Positions 52,850 through 61,685 of a DNA stretch of 64,000 bases are shown here, in pieces. This DNA is from a virus (lineage: Duplodnaviria > Caudoviricetes). The notes below the pieces were generated by a model. The model did not search any database and was not told the origin of the DNA. It saw only the letters and a list, made by a program, of their open reading frames with translations. The position numbers and the translations under genes were made by a program. Positions within the stretch are counted from its first letter, which is position 1; each line of letters begins with the position of its first letter. The DNA lies in the IMG/VR virus record IMGVR_UViG_3300036861_000572, positions 2,042 through 66,041 of that record; one strand, 5' to 3'.

Positions 52850-53158
52850 TCATAGGCCCAGCTCCCGTTCCCGGTCGGCGATCCGCCGCTCGCGCTCTTC
52901 GCGGTCGATGCCGCGCAGCACATCGCCGAACCAGTAGCGGCGCAACAGGTGGTAGCCGAGCAGGCACGAACCGACAAGTGGCCAGAACAAGCCGGCACCG
53001 ATGCCACAGACGATTGCCCAGTGCATGTCCCGGTCGCGCCAGCTCTCAGCCAAGCTGGGGAAGTTACGTTGCTCAGCCTCGAATGCCAGCCGGGCGGCGA
53101 ACCCGCCGACGAAGAAGCCGACGGCCAGGTAGCCGATGACGATGAGCCAGGTGATCAC
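52850..53158 (-). CDS. small membrane protein
   Basis: two TM segments, LFWP motif, C-terminal IADRERELGL. Confidence 0.7.
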   Translation of the reverse strand: MITWLIVIGYLAVGFFVGGFAARLAFEAEQRNFPSLAESWRDRDMHWAIVCGIGAGLFWPLVGSCLLGYHLLRRYWFGDVLRGIDREERERRIADRERELGL

Positions 53159-53330
53159 CGGCCGTCACCGCCCAGCTTCCAGCGGCACCCACACGCCGGG
53201 CAGGTCCAGACCGCGAACCGGGCCGAGGTGGTCGGGACCACGGCGGGCTCCAGCCAGCCGTGGACGCCGGAGCCGTCGCACGGCCGCAGCGTCCCCGGCG
53301 GGGTCTCGGCCACTGGCGCGACGGGAGCGG

Positions 53331-53687
53331 TCACACGGCCTCACCGGACCCCGGGGTGGAACAACGAGATGACCTTGTCCCGTTGCGGACGGCTGGGGCC
53401 CGCCCCCGCTGCGGCGCGGGGTACTCACCGGGCTCGTGCCAGACGCCGTCGCGCTCGATCAGGCGGGGGCGGCCGTCGCGGGTCGTGACCAGCTTCGGGT
53501 CACGGCAGCCTTGCGGCCCAGACTGCGGCAGGCGACCGAGGTGGACATCGAACGCCCTGGTCGAGGCGAACTGCCGGTGGCAGCCGTCGATCGTGCAGTG
53601 CGCCTCACGCAGCGAGGTCCACTGCCGGTCACAGCCGGAGCACTGGCCGGGCGCGATCCTGGTCGTGGTCGGGCTTTCGGTCGTCAT
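53331..53687 (-). CDS. FDXHR-type Zn-binding phage protein
   Basis: CSGC..W....AHC..GCH..F....AFDVH. Confidence 0.7.
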   Translation of the reverse strand: MTTESPTTTRIAPGQCSGCDRQWTSLREAHCTIDGCHRQFASTRAFDVHLGRLPQSGPQGCRDPKLVTTRDGRPRLIERDGVWHEPGEYPAPQRGRAPAVRNGTRSSRCSTPGSGEAV

Positions 53688-53908
53688 GGCGTCGTCCTTT
53701 CGGGCTCGGGCGCCCACAGGCCGGCGACCTCGGCGCCGGCCAGCGCGTAGCACGCCGGGCAGCCCCACACGTGGCAGCGGCCGCCGGGGCCGTGGCCCGC
53801 CGCGGCGAGGGCCTTGCACGCGGCCCGGCCGGCGTCCAGCTGCGCGGCGACGCGGCGCAGGGTCCGGGCCAGCTCGGCGGGGACGGCGGCCAGCGGGTCG
53901 GCGGTCAC
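53684..53908 (-). CDS. hypothetical protein
   Basis: coupled; CxxxxCPAC. Confidence 0.5.
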   Translation of the reverse strand: MTADPLAAVPAELARTLRRVAAQLDAGRAACKALAAAGHGPGGRCHVWGCPACYALAGAEVAGLWAPEPERTTP

Positions 53909-54198
53909 AAGACGGCCTCGGCGTCAGGACGTTCGCGGATGCGGCAGATCAGGCACGCCTCGTTGCCGGTCAATCCGCGGATGTACTCGTGATGGCGGCG
54001 CAGTTCGTCGCGGGTAGCTTGCAGCTCGGCGACGGTGCGCGCGCTCACCAGTGCGGCCGCCTGGTCGAAGTCCATGCAGTCGCAGTCGCCGTCCGGGTCT
54101 TCGACCGTCATGCCGTGGCCGCAGGTGTACGGCGGATCCCAGGCGTCGTGGTCTCGTTCCGAATGGCCACAGGTGCAGAGCTTGCCCAGGTCGATCAT
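53905..54198 (-). CDS. Cys/His-rich hypothetical protein
   Basis: CTCGH...H...C...CDC. Confidence 0.65.
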   Translation of the reverse strand: MIDLGKLCTCGHSERDHDAWDPPYTCGHGMTVEDPDGDCDCMDFDQAAALVSARTVAELQATRDELRRHHEYIRGLTGNEACLICRIRERPDAEAVL

Positions 54199-54578
54199 TC
54201 GCCCACCGCCTCGGCGTAGGCGGCGATGGCGGTGTCGAGGTCGGCGTGGACGCCGCGCAGGGCCTGCGCGACCCGGCCGTGGTCGACCGCGCCCGAGTTG
54301 AGCAGCGCGTGGACCTTGGCGCGGACCTGGCGGGCGTCGTCGGCGAGCAGCCGGCCGGCACGGGCCTCGTTGACCACGGCCAGGGTCGTCCGCGGGTCCA
54401 TCCCGGCGATATGCGCAGCATCAGCCTCAGACGGGGCCGGGGTGGTAGCGAAGAAGATCCAGTGCTCCACCGCGTCATCGGTCACGCCACGGCCGGTTTC
54501 TTCGCTGTCCTCGTCGGCATGCCACGGCCCCGGCGTGGCGGCGTTGGCGCGGGCTTCGATCGGGTCCAGGTCGATCAT
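54195..54578 (-). CDS. Ead/Ea22-like protein
   Basis: IEARANAATPGPW...DAAHIAGMDP.T.LA. Confidence 0.75.
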   Translation of the reverse strand: MIDLDPIEARANAATPGPWHADEDSEETGRGVTDDAVEHWIFFATTPAPSEADAAHIAGMDPRTTLAVVNEARAGRLLADDARQVRAKVHALLNSGAVDHGRVAQALRGVHADLDTAIAAYAEAVGE

Positions 54579-55237
54579 GGCTGCTCAGTCCCAGCGTCGA
54601 TGGTGTCTTGGCAGCGCCTCGGGTGGTGGTTCACCCGGCACGCCTTCACCGGCCGCTGGTCGTCCTGGTCCGGCCGCGTCGTCGAGGTGGCCGGCGAGCC
54701 GGACGACGGCGGCGCAGTAGTGCTTGACGGCGGCGACGTAGGCGGCGGCGCGCTGCTCGGTGCAGTCCCCGGGGACTCGGAAGATGGCTGGATTGTCGTC
54801 GTCGAGGCGTCCGGCGGCGACGTCACGGCCGGCGACCCACTCGACGTAGCGTTCAGCGGCAGCCTTGCGGCGGCGAGCGAACGTGGCGCCGGGGAACGGG
54901 CGGCCAAAGTCGGGTTCGTGGCGGGACCACCGGTCGGCACGGTCGGACCACTTGGCGAGCCGGGCGACGGCACGGCTGCGGCGGTCGTCGGCGTCGGCGT
55001 GGAAGACCATCGGCCACCTCCTGCGGGTTCGCCCGCACCAAACGGCACGGCCGGGTCAAGGCTGGGGTCGAGCGCGGCCGCCGGCGGCACCAGCACCGGC
55101 GCCAACGGCTCGGGCCGGTAGGCCAGCGCCGCCAGGAACGCCAGCGCGCAGAACACGTACAGGCCGCGTTGCAGCAGGGTCGGGAACCACCACGGCTGGC
55201 CGCGGCCGGCCAGGTGGCGGCCGGACGGGCGGGTCAC
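54575..55237 (-). CDS. membrane-anchored P/S/T-rich protein
   Basis: GRH N-terminal motif, TM, low-complexity tail. Confidence 0.6.
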   Translation of the reverse strand: MTRPSGRHLAGRGQPWWFPTLLQRGLYVFCALAFLAALAYRPEPLAPVLVPPAAALDPSLDPAVPFGAGEPAGGGRWSSTPTPTTAAAVPSPGSPSGPTVPTGGPATNPTLAARSPAPRSLAAARLPLNATSSGSPAVTSPPDASTTTIQPSSESPGTAPSSAPPPTSPPSSTTAPPSSGSPATSTTRPDQDDQRPVKACRVNHHPRRCQDTIDAGTEQP

Positions 55238-55416
55238 GGGGTCAGCTCCCGCCAGCTTGTCCGCAGCAGCTCGTAGGCGGCGTCGCCCTGGGCGAGCAGC
55301 AGACCGGCGCAGGTCGTGCAGGCCATGACGTGACAGGCGATTTCGCCGTGCTCAGGCGTGCTGCGCTCCTCGCCGTCAAGCCACGCGATGAGTTCGATGT
55401 CGGTCGGGTGGCTCAC
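55234..55416 (-). CDS. stand-alone zf-HC2 (ZAS anti-sigma-like) domain
   Basis: HPTDIELIAWLDGE...HVMACTTC = H..HxxxCxxC. Confidence 0.7.
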   Translation of the reverse strand: MSHPTDIELIAWLDGEERSTPEHGEIACHVMACTTCAGLLLAQGDAAYELLRTSWRELTP

Positions 55417-55793
55417 GACTCGCTCACCGCCCGGTCGTAGGCGTCAAGGGCGGCGGAGAGACCGGGCAGCGGATATGGCTCATGGCCGGTGGCGTGCTGC
55501 CGTGCCAGCTCGACGACCTCGCGGGCGGCGCGCAACTCGGTGTCCAGGCGGACGACCGTGGCCCGGGCGACGCGCGATTCGGCGTCACGGTCGGCGAGGA
55601 CTTCCGCCCCGGCCATGGCAGTCATCTTCCACTCCTCGACCTCGGCCCGGAGCCGTTTGACCTCGGCGACCAGGCCGGGCACGTTCCGGGCCACCCAGCC
55701 GTCGGCGACGAACTGGCCGGCCTCGGCCTCGACGCGGTCCAGGTCGACCGGGCCGGGCGGGGGTGGGGGCGCGGCGACCTGCTGGAAGCTCAC
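55413..55793 (-). CDS. hypothetical coiled-coil protein
   Basis: ARNVPGLVAEVKRLR; coupled. Confidence 0.6.
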   Translation of the reverse strand: MSFQQVAAPPPPPGPVDLDRVEAEAGQFVADGWVARNVPGLVAEVKRLRAEVEEWKMTAMAGAEVLADRDAESRVARATVVRLDTELRAAREVVELARQHATGHEPYPLPGLSAALDAYDRAVSES

Positions 55794-56080
55794 GGCTCGG
55801 CCTCGTCCAGGAACCGCAGGGCGGTATCGAGCCGCTTCCACGAGTCCCAGCGGTTGCTGGGATCCGCCTTCCGTGCCGCCATGGCCACGCCTTCGAGCAG
55901 CTCGACATAGCGCAGCAGCCAGGGCACGTCGGCGTCGATGAGCTTGACGACCTCGTACTGCCGCTCGACCAGCGGCACGTCGCACCGCGCGAGGCGTTCG
56001 CGGATCTGCGCCTTGCGGGTCTCGCGCATGTCGTGCGCGATGGTCGCGTCCAGGGCGGCGTCGGCGTCGGCGGGGCTCAC
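55790..56080 (-). CDS. hypothetical protein
   Basis: DVPWLL motif; coupled. Confidence 0.6.
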   Translation of the reverse strand: MSPADADAALDATIAHDMRETRKAQIRERLARCDVPLVERQYEVVKLIDADVPWLLRYVELLEGVAMAARKADPSNRWDSWKRLDTALRFLDEAEP

Positions 56081-56322
56081 GGGTGCGCCTCGACAGCGCG
56101 GCCGTCGGAGGAGCCGAGCTGCTTGTCGGGCTGGCCGGCCATCCGCGCGACCGGGGCCGCGCCGCCGACACCGATGAACCGGTCAAAATACCAGTCGGTG
56201 ACCCGCTTGCGGTCACCGTCGTCCAGCAGCGCCATCGCCTCCTTGTGGGCCTTGACCAGGATGTTCATGGCTTGCAGCTCGACGTCGGTCGTGACGGTGC
56301 CGCCACGGTTCGAGTCGGTCAT
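56077..56322 (-). CDS. hypothetical protein
   Basis: GGAGG RBS; coupled. Confidence 0.6.
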   Translation of the reverse strand: MTDSNRGGTVTTDVELQAMNILVKAHKEAMALLDDGDRKRVTDWYFDRFIGVGGAAPVARMAGQPDKQLGSSDGRAVEAHP

Positions 56323-56609
56323 GTCAGGCCTCCCATGGACGGGGGTTTGCGCGGACTCTCGAAGCGTTCGGCCCACTGGTAACGCCACGACTGGTCGGTC
56401 AGTGGGAACAGCCAGCAGAAGGCATGCCAGACGTATCCGTCCGGACCGGGCGTGTTCGCCCAGCGCTGGCAGCCCCGGCAGATCCCGGCTGGCTCGTCTT
56501 GCCAATGCGCGGCCCAGTCATAGCCGATCGGCACCTCACCGGGGCGATAAGCGCCTGTGGACAAAGGTGGCTCGGGGCTGTGGATAACGTCATCGTTCAG
56601 CGACGCCAC
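56319..56609 (-). CDS. small Zn-binding protein downstream of the primase
   Basis: CRGC...H..C; GGAG RBS. Confidence 0.55.
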   Translation of the reverse strand: MASLNDDVIHSPEPPLSTGAYRPGEVPIGYDWAAHWQDEPAGICRGCQRWANTPGPDGYVWHAFCWLFPLTDQSWRYQWAERFESPRKPPSMGGLT

Positions 56610-56815
56610 CTCCCCGGGTCGTCCGGAGGCGGCTCAGAGTGCTCGAACAGGGGGCCGGCCGCAGGTGGGCCCTGAGCCTCAAAGTGTGTATTGCCCTTCG
56701 AACTGGCCTCGCGCGCGTCTTCTTCTTTCTTCAATTCTTCATGTAGTACTACTTTTTGTTCCCAGGGCTGACCAGCCAAAATGGACGAGAAGAGCGGCCC
56801 GACGGCTGTGGACAA
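56556..56815. promoter_or_regulatory. putative replication origin: three DnaA boxes and an AT-rich tract
   Basis: TTGTCCACA (56556-64, 56807-15) and TTATCCACA (56579-87) on the minus strand; AT-rich 56718-56761. Confidence 0.65.
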
Positions 56816-58696
56816 CCGCCAGGTTCGCGGCACCCACCGGTTCTCTTCGTCCGAATCACCGCTTGTTTCCGTGGTGTAGGACTCGGGCCAGTCGAGCACC
56901 CCGGCGGCGGCGAGTTCCTCGAGGGCGAACCGGGCGACGCGGCGGTCGCAGCCGAGCTCGCGGGCGACCTCGGAGACGGTCAGCTCGCCGGTGCCCATGA
57001 ACAGCTCCAGGACGCGGCGGCGGGTCTGCGGCAGGGAGTCCAGGGCGCAGCGTCGGGCGATGGCCATGGCCCGCTCGAGGCCGGCGTCCAGGGCGAGCAG
57101 GGCGTGGACGAGCTGGCGCAGCTGCCGGGTGAGGCGGGCGGGTTCCTCGCGGGTCGCCTCGCCGGTGATCTCCCGCTTGCCGAACGAGGAGCGGGGCACG
57201 GCGGCGCGGCCGTAGCAAGCGACCACGGCCATGTCGATGATCGCCGAGTCGACCTCGCCCGGGAGCCGAAGCGTGCCCGCGCGGACGCAGGCCCGTTCGA
57301 CCAGTGCCGAGGCGACCTCGATGGCGCGGTCGCGGCCCTGAGAGGCGGGCAAGCGGGCGGCGTGGGCCATGGCCCGCATACCGGCCAGGGAGCGTGGCTT
57401 GAGGCGGTAGTACAGCCAGCGGGGGCCGAGGGAGTCGGCGTGGGAGGTGTAGTCGTCGATGATCGGGGTGCAGCACGCCAGAATGGTGAGCCGGCCGCGC
57501 CAGCGGAGCTGCTTTTTCGCATTGCCGACATCGCGGTAGACGGCGCCGTCGTAGGCGCGGCGGAGCAAGCTGAACAGCTGGTCCTTGGCGCCGCGGTTGG
57601 ACTGGGCCAGGACGGTGGAGAAGTCGCCGACGGTCACGGTGCCCCGCCTTCCGACCCGCTCGAGGACGCCGGTCTGCTTGGGGTCCTTGCCCTTCGTCCA
57701 GGACAGCAGCGCGGGGGCGGTGAGATCGTCGACGTAGCCGCCGATGCCACCCAGCGCCTTGGCGGTCTCGGTCTTCCCGCTGCTTGATGGGCCGACGAGC
57801 ATGCCCCAGAGCGGGTCGTCCAGGAACGGCTCGGTCTCGGCCTCGCCGGAGACGGCGACGGCGAGGGTGAACCAGACGTGGCCGGCGTCGTCGAGGTGCT
57901 GGTAGGACCGCAGGACGTCGATGAGGTCGTCGACGGCCGGTTCGGAGTTTGCGTCCTCAGGTGAGGTGGCGGAACCGGAAGCGATGAAGTCGTCCAAGGC
58001 CAGGCCGGCGGCGAGGTGGTCCGCGGCGTCCTTGCCCTTGGCCGGCTCGACGACCACGACGGTGCAGCCGGCCCGTTCGAGCTCGGCCGCGACCGCGGCG
58101 GCATGGGTGCGGCCGGGGACGTCGGCGTCGGCGACCACGGTGACGCGGGCGCCGGCCAGGGCGGCGGTGTAGTCGTCGCGCCACTTCCCCGCGCCACCGG
58201 GGTTGCAGGTGGCGACCACCCCGGCGCGTTCGAGGGCGGCGACGTCCTTCTCGCCTTCGGCCAGCCAGATGGTGCGCTTGGCGGCCTTGGCCTTGAGCAC
58301 GTTGGGCAGCCGGTACAGGACCCGCCGGGTGCCGGCGAGCTTCCAGATCCAGCTGCCCTGGCCGTCGGGGCGGCGCTGCCGGAACTGCTTGGGCTCGAAG
58401 CGGACGACCTCGAACAGCAGGGCACCGGCCTCATCGACGTAGGGGTAGGTCGCGGTGATCTCGGCCTTGGCGGGTCGTTCGGTGAACAGGTCACCGATGA
58501 CCAGGCCGAGGGCGCCCAGGACGGCGTCGAGGTCGCAGCCGGCGTGGCAGTTGAGCAGGACACGACCATCATGCCCCTCCTTGACCGACAGGGACGCGCG
58601 GGTGTCGTCGTGGGCGGGGCAGGTCCAGCCGGCAGGCCCCTGCTTGCGGGAGCCTGCTTGCTCGAGCGCCGACCGGACGCGCTCGAGTGGCGTCAC
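56597..58696 (-). CDS. primase (Zn finger + TOPRIM) fused to a P-loop ATPase and C-terminal HTH
   Basis: CPAHDD..SLSV..CHAGC; EGEKD; DAD; GPSSSGKT; LTVSEVARELG. Confidence 0.88.
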   Translation of the reverse strand: MTPLERVRSALEQAGSRKQGPAGWTCPAHDDTRASLSVKEGHDGRVLLNCHAGCDLDAVLGALGLVIGDLFTERPAKAEITATYPYVDEAGALLFEVVRFEPKQFRQRRPDGQGSWIWKLAGTRRVLYRLPNVLKAKAAKRTIWLAEGEKDVAALERAGVVATCNPGGAGKWRDDYTAALAGARVTVVADADVPGRTHAAAVAAELERAGCTVVVVEPAKGKDAADHLAAGLALDDFIASGSATSPEDANSEPAVDDLIDVLRSYQHLDDAGHVWFTLAVAVSGEAETEPFLDDPLWGMLVGPSSSGKTETAKALGGIGGYVDDLTAPALLSWTKGKDPKQTGVLERVGRRGTVTVGDFSTVLAQSNRGAKDQLFSLLRRAYDGAVYRDVGNAKKQLRWRGRLTILACCTPIIDDYTSHADSLGPRWLYYRLKPRSLAGMRAMAHAARLPASQGRDRAIEVASALVERACVRAGTLRLPGEVDSAIIDMAVVACYGRAAVPRSSFGKREITGEATREEPARLTRQLRQLVHALLALDAGLERAMAIARRCALDSLPQTRRRVLELFMGTGELTVSEVARELGCDRRVARFALEELAAAGVLDWPESYTTETSGDSDEENRWVPRTWRLSTAVGPLFSSILAGQPWEQKVVLHEELKKEEDAREASSKGNTHFEAQGPPAAGPLFEHSEPPPDDPGRWRR

Positions 58697-59517
58697 GGCG
58701 ACCTGACAGCACCATGAGGCTCCTCGGGAAGCTGGCCTCCGTACCAGTTGATGAAGTAGTCGCGGGCGACGAACCGGCCGAAGCCTGCCGCAGGCGGGTC
58801 GAGGTGGAGCTTGATGACGTGGAACAGCCAGCCGTCGCCGAAGTCCCAGAACAGCGGCTGCGTGACCGCGCCGTGAGAGGGGCGGCGGTGGCGCCAGATG
58901 AAGCTGGCGAACCGGGTCGCGGTGACCGGCAGCGTCGGCGGGTCGACGTCCTTGGGTTCAAGCGTGGTGCGGCACTTCCAGCACGGGGGCCATCCGGTCG
59001 GTGGGTAGCCGTTGCGGAGACGCCACGCCCCGCAGTCGCACCGGGTCTGGAAGACCGGCGGCTCAAGCGCGGTGGTTGCCTGCACCGACACCATCGCGGG
59101 AAGGGCGTCCCAGCCTTCCCCCGTGCGCAGGCTGAGGTTGCGGGCGAAGTCGCGGGCGTCGAAGATCCATGCCATGCGGCCGGCTTGTGCGGTGTAGAAG
59201 TCCTCCCGCTCGCGGATCTCGGCGGTGGAGATCGGCGAGTGCTGCAGTTCGATGACGGTGGAGCGGGCCACGACATCGGCGCGGTGGGGCCCCATGGTGA
59301 CCTCGACGCCGTCGGCGGGGAACCGGGCTTTCCACCAGCGGTGCCAGTCGGACTCCTCCCACCACGGGTCGCAGTCGGGGCGGGCGTAGTGCGCCCAGTG
59401 CCAGCTGACGATCTCGCCGCACTTGGGGATGATCTTGTCGTCGCAGCCCGGGCAGGTTCCGACCGCCTCGGGCTCGGCGAGGATCTTGGTTCCCTCTGGG
59501 CTGCGCGCGTAGAGCAT
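58693..59517 (-). CDS. CoiA-like PD-(D/E)xK nuclease
   Basis: CPGC...KCG...HWAH...ES.WH..WK...HRADV...VIELQHSPIS..EI..RE.FY. Confidence 0.85.
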   Translation of the reverse strand: MLYARSPEGTKILAEPEAVGTCPGCDDKIIPKCGEIVSWHWAHYARPDCDPWWEESDWHRWWKARFPADGVEVTMGPHRADVVARSTVIELQHSPISTAEIREREDFYTAQAGRMAWIFDARDFARNLSLRTGEGWDALPAMVSVQATTALEPPVFQTRCDCGAWRLRNGYPPTGWPPCWKCRTTLEPKDVDPPTLPVTATRFASFIWRHRRPSHGAVTQPLFWDFGDGWLFHVIKLHLDPPAAGFGRFVARDYFINWYGGQLPEEPHGAVRSP

Positions 59518-59704
59518 CGGCGCCTCATTGGTGGGAAGGTCGGTTAGCAGGTGCTCCGTCTGCCCGCCCGCGGGCCGGACAGTCGGTCTCGACAATAAGG
59601 TCCTCGGAATGGTGCTCCGGCCCCTGCGCAGTAGGCCGGCGCGGTACTGGTGCGAATTCGCGGTTCGGGTGTGTCAGTTCATGGCCACGATTTCGGCGGT
59701 GGAT

Positions 59705-59917
59705 TCAGTCGTCCTCCTCCGGGTGGGCGTCCAGGACCATCGCGTCGACGATCAGGTCGATCTCGCTTTCGGGGAACTTCCGATGACCGCCGAGGGTTTT
59801 CACGTGGGGCAGCCGTCCCTCCCTCGCCCAGCGGGCCACGGTCTTGGGGGTCACCAGCAGCCGCCTGGCGGTCTCGGCGACGCCCAGGTAGGTCTCGCCG
59901 TCCGAGTAGCGGGTCAT
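59705..59917 (-). CDS. BldC-like/Xis MerR-type HTH
   Basis: VTPKTVARWAREGRL..KTLGGHRKF. Confidence 0.85.
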   Translation of the reverse strand: MTRYSDGETYLGVAETARRLLVTPKTVARWAREGRLPHVKTLGGHRKFPESEIDLIVDAMVLDAHPEEDD

Positions 59918-59935
59918 GGCGTTGCCTCTTTCGGT

Positions 59936-60151
59936 CTACGGGCCGTAGCGGGCTTGGGCGGCGGCGAGGACGGCTTCGACGTCGGCGGCTTGGAAGCGCC
60001 ACTGGCCGCCGGGGGTCCGGATGGCGGGCAGCTTCCCCGTCTCCGCCCAGGCAAGGACGGTCCGGTCCTTGAGTCGCCAGCGGCGGCACACGTCGAAGGT
60101 GGTGAGCAGTTCGAGGCGGGCGAGGTCGTCGGGGACCCGGCTGGTGGTCAC
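59936..60151 (-). CDS. second BldC-like/Xis HTH
   Basis: RTVLAWAETGKLPAIRTPGGQWRF. Confidence 0.8.
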   Translation of the reverse strand: MTTSRVPDDLARLELLTTFDVCRRWRLKDRTVLAWAETGKLPAIRTPGGQWRFQAADVEAVLAAAQARYGP

Positions 60152-60846
60152 GGCGCACCGTCGCTTTCGGAGGTGGCCGGCCGCCGCGGCGAGGCGCCAC
60201 CGGCGGCGGCCGGCCGGCCAGCCCGGAGGCCGCCCGTGGTGGGTCGGGCTGGGCTGGCACCCGACGCTCCGGGGGCGTCGGGGATTGGGGCCGGACGGGT
60301 GCCGGGGGGGTGCGGCAGCCCGTCCGGCTCACCCTGCGGCAGCCCGCTCCCGCCCCCGGCCGGACGGAGAGATCCCCCGGCGGGGGCGGTCGCCACGGCG
60401 GGAGTCCCGCCGTGGGCCGCAGGAGTGGGGTCCGCGCCGGGCGCACCGACCGGGGGGGCCTGATCGGGACCCGGCGCGGACTCCGGTGGGGAAGACGCCG
60501 CCCGCGCCGCCTCCGCAGCGACAGGCGCGGGCGGCGGGACGAGCTCGGCTTGTACCTTCGCGAGGAAGTCGGCCAGCTCCTTCGGGGTGCATTCCTGGTA
60601 CGTGCTCGGGGCGGCATGCTCGAACTCGGGCCAGGTGAACTCGTTCAGGGCCTGCAAGTCCGCGGTGCCCTTGTCCTCGAACGGGGTTGGGCACGAGCAG
60701 CCCGAGTCCTCGGCCCAGAGGAGCGCGCCGTCGGCGTCGCGCTTCCAGACAACGATCAGGTCGAACTCGTAGAAGCCTGAGGATCGGTCGAGCTCCGCGA
60801 CCATGGTGAGGCCGAACGTTCCCGGGTTGGAGTAGAGCTCGCTCAC
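60148..60846 (-). CDS. conserved phage hypothetical protein with a Pro/Ala tail
   Basis: YEFD..VVW...DSGCSCPTPFE. Confidence 0.65.
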   Translation of the reverse strand: MSELYSNPGTFGLTMVAELDRSSGFYEFDLIVVWKRDADGALLWAEDSGCSCPTPFEDKGTADLQALNEFTWPEFEHAAPSTYQECTPKELADFLAKVQAELVPPPAPVAAEAARAASSPPESAPGPDQAPPVGAPGADPTPAAHGGTPAVATAPAGGSLRPAGGGSGLPQGEPDGLPHPPGTRPAPIPDAPGASGASPARPTTGGLRAGRPAAAGGASPRRPATSESDGAP

Positions 60847-61685
60847 GACCCGCCGCCTTCGGTGATGTGAGCGGCGGCGAACGCGGCGGACCACTTCTCG
60901 GCGGTGCCGTGCATCCACAGCTCACGCCAGCCGCCCTTGACGTTGCGCCACTGGCCGTCGACCTGCTCGTTGGCCCAGTTGACCAGGCGTTCCTTGTCGG
61001 CGTTCTCGAGATGGGTGGCGCGCTTGCGCCAGGCGTCGACGTCGGCGCCCTGCCGCATCGGCTCGGCCTGGCCGTTGCCCTCGGCCGCGGCCGGGGCCGG
61101 CTCGGCGTCGACCAGTTCGCCGGTCTCGGCGTCGACCACGGCGCCGCCGGCGGTCACGACCGTCGTGGCCGGCAGGCCGTCGAGCTCCTCGGGGGTGTAG
61201 ATGACGCCGCCGAGGGCCTCGGGCGCGTCACGTCGGCACGCCGCCGCCGCGGCACGCGACCAGACCATCCTGGCCGGGTACTGCTTCCACACGTCCTTGC
61301 CGGCCAGGCCGGCCCGCTTGGCGTCCTCGAGGGTGAACTCGACCGGCGGCTCCGGCTCGGCCTCGCCCTTGCGGTGGACCTGGACGGTAGCCTTCTCGTC
61401 GGTGTTGCGGATCGTGCGGAAGCGGTGGCCGGCGGCGCGGACCCGGGCGACCATCAGCGTCGCGGCCAGCGACGGGCGGCCGTTGACGAGGTAGACGTCG
61501 CGCAAGGCTTGCATGGGGCCGATGCCGAGCTCGTGGCCGGTGAGCATGCACGCAAGGACGGCTTCGGCCTTGCCGCGCATGGTCTTTGGCACGAAATCGG
61601 TGTCTGCCAGGCGTTCGGCGAGCTTCCAGGTGAGCTCGAGCTCGCCCGGGGATGGTGGGGTGTAGCGGTCCAGTTCGGTGGTCAT
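60843..61685 (-). CDS. RecT-like single-strand annealing protein
   Basis: FVPK...G.ELGI.PMQAL..VY.VNGRP...DAKRAGL..K..W..YP..M...RA...YTPEEL. Confidence 0.8.
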   Translation of the reverse strand: MTTELDRYTPPSPGELELTWKLAERLADTDFVPKTMRGKAEAVLACMLTGHELGIGPMQALRDVYLVNGRPSLAATLMVARVRAAGHRFRTIRNTDEKATVQVHRKGEAEPEPPVEFTLEDAKRAGLAGKDVWKQYPARMVWSRAAAAACRRDAPEALGGVIYTPEELDGLPATTVVTAGGAVVDAETGELVDAEPAPAAAEGNGQAEPMRQGADVDAWRKRATHLENADKERLVNWANEQVDGQWRNVKGGWRELWMHGTAEKWSAAFAAAHITEGGGS

